59,447 bases of DNA, filler included, from Sphacelaria rigidula (GCA_964200075.2; 7 parts of 7 records of this genome joined end to end with filler, not necessarily neighbours in it); one strand, 5' to 3'. Positions 11,989 to 25,671 are shown, numbered from the whole stretch's first letter. A program made the numbers and translations. The notes: a model not told the origin generated them from the letters alone.

Positions 11989-14110
11989 CTGCTTGGTGTT
12001 TAGTATTTAGTAACAGACACAATGGTAAAATCTCGCGGATTCAAACGCGACCGAACCGCGAAACACCACGGCCGATTACCTCGAGAAAGCTGACCAACCT
12101 ACAAGTTGGTCTGAGGTAGGGCATTGGAGCCGCGGAAACAATCGGGCAGATCCACAGTCATGTACAGTAGGCCTGTGCCGTGCACCAGGAATTCCGACTC
12201 GAAAATTGGAAACGAAAATAAACTTCGCTTTCAAATTCAGTGGAGTCTCCGAATCCGAGGCGATAACATTGATGAGTGGGTATTGACCATTTCGTACGTG
12301 TGAGATGTCAACATAGACGTATTGAAGCTAGCTCGATCGAAATTCCCAACCCGATCAATTCTACATCAAATCAGTGGAGGTACACCTAACCTTTTGTAAG
12401 AGTCGGGTCACACTAACTGGTGCAAACGTCAGATGAAGGTTTCAGCTGCCACGACCGACGGGTTTTAAGCATTTTCAAGCTGTATCCGGAAAAGTGGGGC
12501 AGAAAAACTGTACCCTGCCTGGCCAAATCTTCATCAGCAGAGTATATTATTAATAGTACCGCTACATTTTTGGCATTCTAGTGGTATCGTACCACTTTAA
12601 TATCACTTCTGCCTCGAGTGGGATGAGTTTCTCGTAAGTTACCTTCCAAGAAACGGTCGATGAAACCCCCTAAGCGCATTTGGCCAGGGGATGAAATGAT
12701 GACATGATGACATGATTTCAACTTCGGGGTGTGAAGAGCGGAGGGGCATCATAAATCAATAGGGTAGGGAGTGGCGGTTGTTGTGATATTTCTCCCTTCT
12801 CTAGGGGCATCGTTCTTCGTAAGCTATTCGCCAAAAAGCGATACAACGTTCTACCCGAGCGTGCTTGAAGAGGGTACAAAATCGTTTTGTCCCCAGGGTG
12901 TTGGAGTGGGGATCATCATGAATCAGGAGAGAAGGGACTCCAGAGAAAGCCGATCCCACAAGTACCGAACTTTCAATGCGGGTATCTCGGCGACCAAGCA
13001 GAGGATTGATTGCACTGCGATTTGTTGTGTGCACTTTCCACACACTCAAACTAGGGAAAATTGCAAGGAATATCCTTCATGTGTCCCACAAACGCTGCAC
13101 GCTACAAAATTGCTCTAAAAAGGTACTTTTATTTTCTGTTTTGGAGGCTTTTTAGGTCCGCTGTGGCGATGTGAGCGAATTTCTTGCATAGATCGCTAGG
13201 TTTTGTGTGCGTGCGGGGGGCTGTTAAGTGCCACGGGCAGGCTTGCTTCCTGTGCCGAGAAAATGGCGATGAAAGTGCTCCAGCTGTCGTATACTATAAC
13301 CAACTTAATAGGGGGCAATATGCGTGTGTCCTACTCCAAACATCTGAATAATCGGGACAGCTGATGCCTTGTTCATCATTCCTCCGCGTTATTCGTTTTA
13401 TTAGCCTGGCCGCGCAGTTTTGGCCGTTCAAGGCCCCCACTCACCCCCATAACTGTACTGCACTGCACTGCACTGCACTGCATTGCTGTCGGATAGTTAT
13501 CCGTGCACGCGAAGTAAAGTAGACGCGTACGAATTGGGCCAGCCTGAAAAACGGCCTTGAGCAGTCACAATCATGTCTTGTTGATCGTTCAATGAAGGGA
13601 AAGATGATCATCTACTCAACAGCCCCGTCGGATGGATGCTTTCTGCTTGATTGAACGCTACGTCGAGTGTATCCCATGACGTACGGAGATAGGTTCCATT
13701 CTAAAGCCTATGCGAAACCTCGACACAATGTACACAGCGGAAGACGCTGATATTTGGTATGGACATTCCTTGGGGCACGTTGAAACGATCGATACCCCCA
13801 CCTTCACCCATTAATAGTCAATCACCTATAGAGATATGAGGTTGAGACGATATTCCATCGCGATATTAGACAAAATGCCATAAATCCGGACTTCCCGCTT
13901 CAGTTTCGTGAGCTGTGCTTGTGCAATTTGGTGTGGAGTATCGCAGAGGGAAAGTTTATACTCCGAGTAAAATGCATGCTGTACATCGAGATTTTTTCTT
14001 AGGGGTCACGAACGTTTTTTGTGTTGTTTTATTTTGCCCCTAACTCATGGACATAAAAAATCGAGGTGCACCATGCGCTATCTTTCATTACCCCCCTTCG
14101 AGACTTCAGG

Positions 14111-14190
14111 GGTGCTCCGTCTCGAAAGGGATGGGTGGTCAACGGTCGAACAACTGAGGCAAACAACAAATGAGTACCCCCTCCCCCCCC
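14111..14190 (+). mobile_element. 3' terminal fragment of LINE family ending in poly(C)
   Basis: ggtgctccgtctcg…ggtcaacggtcgaacaactgaggcaaacaacaaatgagta then a C-rich run; matches 51724-51800. Confidence 0.75.
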
Positions 14191-15957
14191 TTCTAGACTT
14201 CACACCAATTTCGAAGCACAACTTTCAATTCTGTTTCTAGGCTGGCTCAGCTCGTCATAGTTGTTGTAAATCAAAGGCCACGTGTTTACAATTACAACAG
14301 TACAACTGGCTGGCTGGAAACGAAAGACACGAAAAATTATCCAACAGTCTAGTGTAGGCTACAGCTATTCTGGCTTTTCAGAAGGGGTAAGTTACTCACT
14401 GCCCAAAAACACAAGAGTGGTCTACAGTACTTGATCGTGGATCTGCTCAGTCGACGCAACGGGCGGAGTGTGTTTTACCTGGACAGACGAAAAACATTAG
14501 TATAAAAATATCATTCTGGATGGTGATTTTCTTCATACCGAACAGTGTTGTCTCCAATCGACACGCGCATTTATTTCCAACATCGGCGTTTCTTGGAATG
14601 GGCGTAGGTTCGAACAGCTCCGCACATGTGAACAGCACTGGTCTGAACTGTGAACATCTGAACCCAGCAGCACGAGGGCGGTAACTGAATTACGTCATAA
14701 CGGCACAATGGACCCTAAACAACTCCGCACAGACACCTGCCACTGGAGCGCATATGATCTGGTGCTAGCCCTTGTTAATCTACACAGAGCGGTCTTGTCC
14801 CACAGTAATTCCTTCATTATTGGAGAAGGGGCGGACTTGTGCATGCCAAAGAAATGACCAAAACGTGCAGTCGTTGACCCCACGTGGGTGTTCTCGTTTC
14901 GAGTGTCTGACGCAGATCATCGGAACACCTTTGAAATAAAACAGATTCGCCCCGAACCGAGGACATGGTACTCAGCTGATGAACAGTTACGGGTAGAGCC
15001 ATGCTTTATTCAAGTTGGGGGTAGTGCGCCTAAGAAGCTGATGCGCCGTTGTGACTTCTTGGGTATGCGTCACGTCTCCGCATGTGTCGTTCTGTGGTCG
15101 GTCGCGATGTATGGTCCTCTACAAGCTATTTTTATCTCGAGCAGCCCAAACGTGGGTATTACAAGTGCCGGATATATGCAGGACCCGCGGACGACGCGTG
15201 TGGCCTATCTTGCCTAGGACAGAGGGCGTACGTAAAAAAACCTTCATCACTCGATGCACAGTAGGGTATACGGAGCGTGTGGGAATGCCACGTGGACTTG
15301 GAGTTGGTACGCTTTGTCACGTGAAGCAGGGCTTGCGACAAGGAAGGACTGACAGGTTGAGGGCAAACACTTGAAAAAACAGGATCACGCGAAAAAAATC
15401 AGAACCGACCGTGACATCTGGGGGGGGGCAGGGGAGAGGGGGGTATCGCAGGGCAGCTTGATTTTCTTCATCACTTGCTTTTTCCGTACCGAGAAGACAC
15501 AGCCATGCCGCCTCGCAGGCGATGTAACCTCAACCGTGGACAAAGCACCATACGTGAGAGCTTACCGTGGGGCTTCAATCGGTGATGGTTGGTTCGAGGT
15601 CGATGTTGGCCAGATCTGTTGGCCGGCTGCCACACTCAGTAGCTCTATATCACCTGAGCAGACGATCGACCGTAGAGAATACACGACCATGAAAGTGAAA
15701 GTGTTGGTTGCACCAAAGTCAAGAGGTACTGTACTAGGAGTTTGGCGAGCAAATGTATATAGTGAACAAATAAAGGCTGTATTTTTTCTCGTGGACCCAA
15801 CACCACCGATACTCATGCCTCACACGCGCTTCGACGCCAGGAAATGCGGGAGCACCCACGTGATACTGCCCTGTACCTCACCTTCACTCTCAGCCGAACC
15901 GATTTCGTCGCTGTCTCCTCCAGCGGACCTCTTCGGCGATGGGGCGGGCCAACGCAG

Positions 15958-16053
15958 AGTTGTATGGATAAACATGGGTAGTCACGTTAGCTGTATGGAT
16001 AAACATGGGTGATCATGTGAATTGTATATATGAACATGGGTATTCATGTGAAT
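15958..16053. repeat. Minisatellite, ~31 bp x3
   Basis: Core tgtatggataaacatgggt repeated. Confidence 0.85.
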
Positions 16054-16915
16054 GATACCCGAGTGAAGGAGTAGGGAAGCATGCACCGCTAAAAGCGGAA
16101 TGACGAGGGGTCATCTTTCAGAACGACAAGGGCGCTGACAGGGGTTTCCTGCAGTTCGCGCACGAGTACTGTGCTCAACAGCAGAGAAAACATATTGCCT
16201 GGTTTTCGGAACAATACTTCGAAAAAAGCTACTATGATACTCGTAGCTAGGCCCGGCAACACTTTTATTTTCGGTCGACAGGTGATGCGCAGCATAAAGT
16301 TAGATAGCTTTTCATGGGGACCAATCTGTCGTGGTACAAATATGAGGATTTAAGCCCGTTTCCAGGCGATTTTCTCCCGTGGATTGATTTTTCGGCCACC
16401 AGTCCATTGGGCAATGTTCTTCGCAGAGCTGTGAGAAAACCAGATCAATTTTCAGAATCTCGGGAGGTTGACTTTTGGTATGTCACCTTTCCGCTCAAAT
16501 CCGGACACTCTCCGAGTACATACAGATCTGCGCCCCAAATCGGGAGAGATCCAGGAATGTCTCGATGCAGCAAGCAAAAGAACGGGGGTAGCTTCAGTCA
16601 CGAATTTTGAACTCGCCGGCAGAAGGTCCTCATGAATTTTGGGCTCAAAAATCCTAAAATTGAGCTGCGCGTGTAACGTTTTGCGTGACATCGCAACGTC
16701 CCGCTGGTCTCACTGTTACAGGAGACGACTCCAGTAGGGAAGTCACGAGTACGGATCCCGACATGACCATTTTTTTTGCAGAATCTGGCTCTGGCGTGGA
16801 GGTAATTTTTAACCCTTTGGGAACCCTCCCCTCCCGCCCCCGGGCCAGACGCCTCATTATTAGAAGCCCTGACAAAGAAGAAAATAGGGAAACAGAAAAG
16901 ACCGACGGCAACCAT

Positions 16916-17015
16916 NNNNNNNNNNNNNNNNNNNNNNNNNNNNNNNNNNNNNNNNNNNNTTAATTAATTAANNNNNNNNNNNNNNNNNNNNNNNNNNNNN
17001 NNNNNNNNNNNNNNN
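16916..17015. other. Artificial contig linker
   Basis: N44-TTAATTAATTAA-N44. Confidence 0.98.
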
Positions 17016-17867
17016 TGATTTGAACATATTTTTTTTTTCAACCCCATTTTCGAAAATCGGCTGTTTACGGTAGTTTCCAGTGGACAGCAGTGCACACATG
17101 ATGTACAGCAGCGGGTAGTATGCAAATTGACATCATTGCAGCGGCGGCATGCGGTGATACAGCTGTCTTGCGAATATCTTTCGTCGTCGCAAGAGGTAGT
17201 TGATCACAGCGGGCTGGGTGTGGTATTGGGTATACTGCTTTCATTTCTACCGTCACTATTCCGTGTGTTTCGATCGAATGAGCGCATACCTCGACTCTGC
17301 ACATTCATTAGAAAAGGAAGAGGTGTCAAACCTCGAACATGCACAAACTCAAATGCGAGCTCTTCTTTCCACCGTTCTTCACTACCAATACCAGGAAACG
17401 TCGGCAACATGTCAATTTTCAAATTTTTGGATCCCAAAAATATATTTTTGTATGTCACCAACCAAAAAAAACAAACAATAGGCTTGCAACAATTAGAATG
17501 TCCAGACGAATGGATGGAGGGAAAAATATATCCAACACTCATCAAACATGAGGGAAAGGCGAAGCGACAGTGCCATCTCCTCATACTCCGAAGGACAGCT
17601 GTTTTCTACTGTTATCTGCAGCTTTGCATTGATCGTGACCTCATATCTACTCCGCCACGCCACCCGTACGTTGCCGTTGGTAAACACCCCCGCTGAATCA
17701 CATCACCAAACCCTTGACCCCCGAGGCACCAGCGGTTACTCTGTCGCCTCCTATCCTACGAATAGATATCGCATCCACTTGTACACCGTGCAACCGCTCT
17801 ACAGCTGTACTCGCAGGTGCAACCTGTGAACACTGCGGAAATTGAGCTCATGTGACGAAAAATAAAC

Positions 17868-18018
17868 AGAAATCGAGCGTATCGATATTCGATATTGATA
17901 TTCGATATTGCTACATATCACATAATATATCGGTTTTCTACGCTCCGATACCGATATGGCATATCGCCGATATTTATCGAAATCGGATCGATTATTGATA
18001 TCCGATGTACAACCCTGG
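17868..18018. repeat. End fragment of a hAT-like element with CGATA-rich subterminal repeats
   Basis: Dense ATCGA/CGATAT motifs ending in tgtacaaccctg (CAGGG terminus on the minus strand). Confidence 0.45.
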
Positions 18019-18452
18019 TATATACCCTTTTGTTCTACGAACTGCTGTATAGAGTAGAGCAGGGTGTTGTTTCCGTCCATTGTCACCCGTCACCATGGCT
18101 CACCAACATGAAGAGGAGGTAAACGCATTTCAGAGCTTATTATTGCACTACTGGTCGCTGTCGCAGCAAACCTTCCGTGTGGGTGCTTGCGGCAACTGAG
18201 CAGAGCAGTTCGGCACCAAGAAGAGCAGCGCCGCTGCCAAAGCGATGACAACCCTCGTCTCAGGACAAGTGCAAAAATGACGGTTTGACAGCTCAGCAAC
18301 AGCTTAGTGGACGGCGGAAATGAACTTTCTTCTCTTTAAAACATCACACAACCACTACAACAATTGTTGTGCAGAATAGTTATTAATACCTCAACAGTTC
18401 TGCTGACTATAATGAATGGTATTGTATATATATCTTCATTGCATATTGGGAC

Positions 18453-18961
18453 TGTAGCCTCTACCAGACGATCTGGACAAGAGGACTTTCAACGAGGGAC
18501 TCTTCCAGTATCACTGGCCTCGTGCTCAACAAGTCCTTTCTTCTCACTTCTCATCACCACGGAGTGATTCAAAAACAGACCATATCACGAGCCAGACAGC
18601 AAGGGGCCACACAGATAAGGTCCATCAATCCAGGATCCCCTGCCCCCTGCCACTGCTCCAATCATCCATGCGATTATACTGAAACCTACGGCTTGGTATC
18701 ATTTGCCTACAGTACCCTCAAAGCGAGTTCAAGACAGACGAACGAGCCTGACAACCAACAAAAACCAAGGCAAATTCGCAAGCGCCAGGTCACAAAGAAA
18801 TATGATACTCCGACGCTAATTTACTGGTCAGCGCCCGAGTCGACCGCATTTTACGCAGTTCCTTCAAAACAAAATCAGGCGCAGAATAATTAATCTTGCG
18901 AAGAGACTCCCGCGTACTTTCTTCAGCACTGAACCCTTCCCAATCGACCAAAGCAATGACA
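18453..18961 (-). mobile_element. 3' end of host Gypsy element 2: chromodomain C-terminus (18961-18790), PPT and 3' LTR (18711-18453)
   Basis: Minus strand reads VIALVDWEGFSAEESTRESLRKINYSAPDFVLKELRK…*, continuing AEDDNGD from 23484. It is followed by cgctttgagggtac|TGTAG…CTACA, which parallels the PPT/LTR junction of element 1. Confidence 0.8.
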
Positions 18962-19610
18962 TGTGACGAAATAACGCCGTTACGTTGAGTTGTAGTGATG
19001 ATCTGGATAGTGACAGTTGGTAGTGATGACCTGGATAATGACCAGGGACACTAGGTTGATACCCTGGCGTGTCTAGGAGGCTGTGCCTACGAGGCCACTC
19101 CTGAATAATGAGATCGTTGGAGTCATCCTACGATAGAGGGGGGGGTATTTGGTTGCACGAAAAAAGAGGCTCACAAGTGTGTCAGACATCCTTCCACACT
19201 TGCGTTGCGCTTGTATTTGGTTCCAAACGGTGTCAAGCAGCATGGATGAGCGGGGAGCCCCTCAACAGCAGTGATCCAACCGTGCTTCCACTGGCTGGCG
19301 TCACAATACCAATAGTAGTGCTAAGGCTAGTGTTCGTGCTAGAAACCTACCGGAAAGGATTTCGGTAGGAGTCTGGTAGCTGTGGAAACCTGATACACCA
19401 CGGACGCGTGGCCAGGGTTCCAGCTGAGGTAGCTGCGGAAAGGCGGCTGGCCTGTAATTGATTCAGACTGGAGACTTGCTGAAGCTGAATGCAGCGGGAG
19501 TTTGGAGGCTCCTACGACTGTGCGGTGCGGCGACGAGGCAAGGAAGTGTGCAATTCGCGAAAGTCCGCTGGACTGTGAAAGTTCGCAGGTAGCCGGTTGC
19601 AGCTACGCGT

Positions 19611-20102
19611 ATGGCGATTGGTTCGTGTACTACGACCAGCGTTACGCCCGTGGTTATGCGGGAAGAGTTGCGACCTCCCCAATACGGGGATAGGTACTCA
19701 GAGAGTGCATCTCGCACTTTTATTACAAAGTACTTTCCGTACAAGGAGCGTGTGAAGTACGCTAACGCAGGAGGTGCTGTGCGGCATCAGGTAGTGACAA
19801 TGGCTCAACAAGTGCCAACTTATGTGCAGAGAGTGTTTGCTCGTTTGAAGCATGAAAATATCACAATCACCCCGCCGCAATTGGTTGCGGCGATCAGAAA
19901 ACATGCTGGGCATGCGGCGGGCACTTGCCACTGTTGTGGTCAGGTCGGCCATTACGCGCACGATTGCCCAACGTCTTCCGGTGGAGAGTTTGGGCAGTCT
20001 CATGCCGCGCGCCATCAGCATCGTCAGCACAAGGGCAAAAGACGAGGTACTCGTGGTGGCGGCGGCGGATCCTCCGGAGGTGGAGGGTCCCAGTCGAGTC
20101 CT

Positions 20103-20136
<34 letters not shown>

Positions 20137-20411
20137 GACAGCGGCGTCAGCATGGGTCTGGTTCTGGGTTCGGCGCCGCCGTAGATGCTGCTGTTCCGCA
20201 ACGGGCGGTGCATGTGGGACCGACTTCTACAGTGTCGAACACTGCGCCGGCGCCGGTGGTGGCGCCGGCGACAACACCGGCAGCAGCGCCAGGCGCGATG
20301 CCTGCTGACGCGCTGGTCGGCGGTTCGCCAAGTTCTTGGTATACTGGCTGGGGGTTATACCCGCCGGCGGTGCCGTCTGATCCTGTCGGGGCGTCTTCGC
20401 CTGCTGCGTAG
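19611..20411 (+). pseudogene. gag remnant with CCHC zinc knuckle and polyQ
   Basis: CHCCGQVGHYAHDC (CX2CX4HX4C); (CAG)n run at ~20103-20134. Confidence 0.8.
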
Positions 20412-20563
20412 CCATGGCGTCAAGTGGGATTAGCGGCGCATCGGTCGGCGAATAAAGGGCCAGTGGAGTCTGGGCACAACTACGTTTCTGCAGAGCTGTG
20501 TCTCCCAAGTCAACGGGAGCGTAGAGCCATTGAGGTTCAGGCTAGTGGGATTCTGGCGCCCAC

Positions 20564-23156
20564 TTGACGGTTCATGTGAGTCTCTCGGTACAGGTTGTAG
20601 AGATGTTGGAGCGTCTTCTCCCGGGTGTGCCATTGCGCATTCCGTTTCCGCTCGGGGCGCGGCAAGCCGTCACCGCGTCGTGTCAGTATTTTTACGTCAC
20701 AGAGCGTACTGTTCCGTTGAAACTGACTTTCAGGACTTCCTGGGGGCCGGCGCAGTTGCCTCCGATCTCGTTTGCGATCATGCCGGGGTCGGATGGCGTT
20801 ATTCTTCTGGGGTTGCCGATGCTTCAGGATATCAACGCTCGGCGGTTGGGGGGCTCCATGAAAACGCGGATGTCTCCGCCTAGCCCACGCTTGGAGACGC
20901 CCGTCCTTTTGGGCAGTCGTCGCGTGAGTCTGTCGGTGAATGCTTTTCAGGAGGCTGGAGAGCAGGTGACCGAGGAGCGGGATGCGGCGGTGGAACGCTT
21001 AGTAGAGCGCGGCCCGGAGATGTTAATGATTCCGGCGGAAGAGGAGTCCGCTCGGAAGGTCGCGCTGGAGGAGAGCGTGACAGATGCTGGGGCCGCAGGC
21101 TTCAGTGTCTCAAAAGCGGAGCGCCTGCGTGGTATATTGCATTGCCACGTCAACGCGTTTCGTCGTGCGCTGAGGGGTGACCCCCCTGCGCGCGTGGAGG
21201 CCATGCGTGTTCAGCTCAAACCTCGGGCTTCCGCGGCGAGGAGAAGCCGAAGCCGTGGCGGTACGATCCAGTGAGGTCGAGTTGGTTGGCGTTGTGCATG
21301 GCGGCTCTTTTGGCGCTTGGGTTGGTGTTACGGAATTTGCAGGCGGGGTGGTCCAGTCCAGATATGGCGTTTTAGAAGAAGGCTGCATCGTGGACGGAGG
21401 GCAGGCTGCAGGCGTGGGCGGTAGCAAAGGATCTGGTGGCTCATGCCGTGACACTGTTCCATCCTCGTCCTGATTGTCAGGTGTCAATGTTTCCGGATGC
21501 ATTTGAGTGTCATTGGGGTAGTTTAGTCATGCAGGTGCCTACAGTTGAAATTCAAATGCCTGTGCACGCTGTGGCTATCCGTGTGAAGCTGATGACTCGA
21601 TGTCGTCCAAATCTGTTGTCCGCCAAGCGCAACGAAAAGACCTTGGGGCCGAAGATGCGGATGTTCAATCTTTCGACTCGGATGTTGGTACTGCTATCTT
21701 GGACCATAAAGGTCTGTTTCGTGTGCATGTGCGTGGCCGAAACGTTATTGTGGATTCCGAGTTCTGACAAGCAGTTGCAGCTACGTCTGATGATTTGCGC
21801 GCACATGCGCGACGCCGGGCATCGTGGTGTGGCTGCGACGCTCGTGCGCTTGCAAGAGTTTTGTGTCTGGTGGGGGGATAGAAACTCATGTGCGCGAATT
21901 CGTCCATCAGTGTCTTCACTGTGCTGACTCGAGGGCGGGCGATGTTGTTCCCCGCTCGCTCGGCGAAACGGTCCATGGGACCACGCCGAATGAAGTCGTT
22001 CATTTCGACTTCTTGTACGTGGGCGAGAGTGACCCGCTAGCTTCCCAAGGTTTGTCCGAGGATGCTGGATTTCGATACATTTTGGCAATTATGGATGATT
22101 TGAGCAACTTTGTGGCTCTGGAACCAGTAGCAGTGTGTACTGCTGAATCGACCGCTGCATCTTTGGTGAATTGGTGCAAAACTTTGAGGGTGCCGCGCGT
22201 GTGGGTGAGTCATACCGCCACGCATGTCAAGAAGGCGATCTTGGCCCGATTGCGAGAGGCTTTGCGCGTTAATCACTAATTTGCGGTAGCGTATTCTCTG
22301 TGGTCTAACGGTGTGTGCGAACGCATGGTCAAGGAAGTAGTTCGTGCTCTTCGCTCTATTCTTCTCGAGCAGCGTAGAGCGGTATCCGAGTGGGTGGACA
22401 TGTTGCCTGCGGTGCAATGGGCCCTTAATACAGCGTATCGTCGTCGCTACGATAGTACGCCGTACCACGTGATGTTTGGTCGTGTCCCTCGGACGTCTTT
22501 TTCGGTGCTGGCGTCTTCGCCGGCGGGGGAATGGAAATGTGATGTTTTGGACGATGTTCAAATTAAGAGTGCATTGCAAGCAGTCTTGGGCTTGCAAGAA
22601 CGTTTCCACGTTCAAGTGAAGGAACGTCTTGGCGCTGAACGTGCGCGTAGACGTGAGGGGTCATCGTTGGGCCTGCAATTGCCTAATTTTGAGGTAGGCG
22701 ACTATGTCTTGTATGCACGCGTGCGTGGTCCGGGTGTTACGCTCAAGTTAATGGCGACTTGGACTGGTCCATGGAAAGTGGTTGGTGCTGACCACCCGCA
22801 CGTGTTTGAGATTCAGATCATTTTTTGGGGTCGTGTTCAGACCACTCATGCAGCTCGTTCGGGTTTTACGCAGACTCGCAGCTTCATGTTACGGCTGACG
22901 TTAAGGACGTGTTCCAGCATGCTTTCAATCAGGGTCAATTGCAGATGGCTGGTATTGTCCGAGTGGAAGAAGCAGACGATCGTTCGTTGATCGTGTTGGT
23001 CGACTGGGTTGATTTAGAAGTTGAGGGGCGTACGTGGGAGCCTTTGAGGGATATTTTCGAGGCCGCTCCGGAATTTCTCACGAACGAGTTGCGATAATTG
23101 CGCGTGACTCGTGCCGTTGCTGCTCGCATTACGAGTGACTTTGGTATTCAATTATG
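20564..23156 (+). pseudogene. Frameshifted pol: protease end, RT start, RNase H fragment, integrase and chromodomain
   Basis: GDPPARVEAMRVQLKP; HPRPDCQVSMFPDA; ICAH…GHRG…CLHC (HHCC); HFDFLYVG, IMDDLSNF, NGVCERMVKEV; WTGPWKV; VLVDWVDLEVEGRTWEPL. Confidence 0.9.
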
Positions 23157-23483
23157 ACTCACTCATCGTTTTGGCGTTTTGTATGTGTCAAGCTTGTTGA
23201 TCGACTTTCGTCCAACGCGCTTTGGGGGTGCTATGACGAAATAACGCCGTTACGTTGAGTTGGTAGTATGATCTGGATAATGACCGTTGGTGGTGATGAT
23301 CTGGATGATGTCCGGGGACACTAGATTGATACCCTGGCGTGTCTAGGAGGCTGTGCCTACGAGGCCACTCCTAAAAATTGAGAATGTTGTAAAGGCTGAC
23401 AACTGAAACAGAGGTAAGTAAGACTGGGGGGTCCCTCAACAGCAGTGATCCAACAGTGCTTCCACTGGCTGGCGTCACAGACA

Positions 23484-25125
23484 TCACCATTGTCATCCTC
23501 AGCGACGTGTGCCAAAGCGTTCACCCGACGTTCACCTTGAGCGTACGAATGCTGGAGTACACCCTTTAGTTCCGCGGTGATGTGCAGCTGCAAGTCAGTG
23601 TAGAGACGTAAACGAGCGACATGGACCGAGTGCACGGCGCCAGAAACAATGTTCTGCACCGGAAACACGCGAGCGTGATCGGTTCCAACCACTCGCCACG
23701 ACCCTGTCCACGTGAACGTCAGCTTTGGCGCCACATCTTGCCTACAAAAACGGGCATACAACACGAAATCGCCAACTGCAAACTTGGGCAACACAGCCTG
23801 GCCCTGAGCAAGCTTGCGTTGGGTTTCGCTAGACACCGCGACAGCAGCTTGCACTTCGTTACAAAACCGCACTTTTTCGTCGACCACGCCTCGAACCTTG
23901 TCACGCAACGAATCAGCATCCATGACATCGACGTTCCACTCGCCGCCAGTGACAGAGCGGAAAATGCTGTACGCGGCGCACGCCCAAACATCACACAATA
24001 CGAAGTTTTACGGTACTGTTCACGAAAAGAAGTATTCAACGCCCACTTGCGGCCCGTATAAACATCAACCCGTTCGGACACCGGCCGTCTCTGTTCCCAC
24101 AAAATAGACCGCAACACACGGATGACCTCTTTCACCATGCGTTTACAAGCACCATTCGACCGCAAGAGCAAATTGATGTTGCACCTTGAGCGCATCCCTT
24201 AGCTGCGCGATCACTCGATTTTCGAAGTGCGTGGCGGTATCACTAACCCAAACACGCGGCACCCCCAAAGTCTTGCACCAATGGAGCAAGTGCTTAGCCG
24301 TAACCCCTGCGGTGCAAGCCTCGGTCGGCTTCAACAACGAAATTGGACGAGTCATGCATATTACCCAAAACGTACCGAAAACCATCCTCCCCAGGCAAAT
24401 CATTAGCACCTTCAGGTCCGCTACTTCCGACGTACAGAAAATCAAAGCGAACAACTTCACCTGGCGCAGTACCATGCACAGTATCGCCATACGGACGAGG
24501 TACAATCCCACCAGCACGAGTGTCTACAAAACGCAAACACTGGCGAACGCACTCGCGAACGTGGGAATCCATGTGAGGCCACACACAGATTATTTCAAAC
24601 GAAACAGAGGCGGCGCCACACCACGGTGATCAGCCGACCGCATGTGAGCGCACACCATCCAGCGAGTTTGTAGAGCCTCAACATCCGACGGAATCCACAA
24701 AACATCACTACTGCCCACACGCACGCGAAACAAACCATCGTCAGCCGAAGTAGCTTGATCGAAAGTCGTAGGAAAAGAATGAACATCTTTGCCGACTGTT
24801 TATACCGCAGCGCGGTACGAATGACATCTGACGAGGGCAGCGAATCATCGGCATCATCGTTCACCGCCTGATAGTCGCTGACCAAACGGAATGTGTCCCT
24901 CTTCGACACTGCCATCGCCGGACTCGCCCACACAGCCTGGATGTACCTCACCACTAAACCAAACGCCACCAAAGCTGCGATGCATGGAGCAAGCCACATA
25001 GTCTTCACCGGATCGTACCGTGTGGGCTTAGCCTTCACTGCCGTTGCCTGGGGCTTAAGCTGCACCCTCATGGGCTCAACGCGCGCTGGCGGATCACCAT
25101 GTAGCGCACGGCAAAATGTATCCAC
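23484..25125 (-). mobile_element. Degenerate pol of host Gypsy element 2 (RT N-terminus, integrase, GPY/F, chromodomain start)
   Basis: GDPPARVEPMRVQLKP, WASPAMAV…FRLVSDYQAVN, FDFLYVG, WVSDTATHF, SNGACKRMVKEV, WTGSWRVV; homologous to element 1. Confidence 0.9.
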
Positions 25126-25169
25126 GAGTCATCCTACGATAGGGGAGGGGGTATTTTGGACCATTTGTT

Positions 25170-25422
25170 GAGCAATGCTACGGTAGGGGTGCACTTTTTG
25201 CGCAAAATCTTGTCTGGTTCAGGGGCTCCCAACGATTCTGGATTGCACGAGAATATAGGTCAGAGCATCCCCGTTTGCAACTTCATTCGGGATATCTCCA
25301 GCACATTGAAATAGTAATCCTGGCGTACCCTCACATATTTCGTAAGTGGTGTTTTGGATGAGATGCAGGGCTCCTAATAATTAAAACCTCAGAAAATATT
25401 CGTGCACCCCTACCGTAGCATC
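25170..25422 (+). mobile_element. MITE family W copy at contig end
   Basis: gagcaatgctacggtaggggtgcac…gtgcacccctaccgtagcatc. Confidence 0.88.
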
Positions 25423-25522
25423 NNNNNNNNNNNNNNNNNNNNNNNNNNNNNNNNNNNNNNNNNNNNTTAATTAATTAANNNNNNNNNNNNNNNNNNNNNN
25501 NNNNNNNNNNNNNNNNNNNNNN
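25423..25522. other. Artificial contig linker
   Basis: N44-TTAATTAATTAA-N44. Confidence 0.98.
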
Positions 25523-25583
25523 GCGAATGATCAAAGCCACTCTCAATCGTATCATCTACTCTCAATCTCACGAAAACACTGTT

Positions 25584-25671
25584 ATATTTCATCAGTCGTG
25601 TTTTGGATGAGATCAAGGGCTCCTAACAATTCTAGACTCAGAAAATATTTGTGCACCCTTACAGAAGCATC
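25584..25671 (+). repeat. Partial MITE family W (right end)
   Basis: gtgttttggatgagat…cagaaaatatttgtgcacccttacagaagcatc. Confidence 0.75.

Larger units (their letters stand above)
18962..23479 (+). mobile_element. Ty3/Gypsy chromodomain LTR retrotransposon (element 1), degenerate, RT mostly deleted; LTRs 18962-19305 and 23232-23479
   Basis: LTRs T(G/A)TGACG…CGTCACA; 4-bp TSD GACA; PPT tttgggggtgc; domain order gag-PR-(RT/RH remnants)-IN-chromo. Confidence 0.93.

Noticed and set aside
15371..16012. 213-aa plus-strand ORF
   Set aside because: No motif and it ends in a minisatellite; splice-like signals here are on the minus strand and could not be linked to a gene
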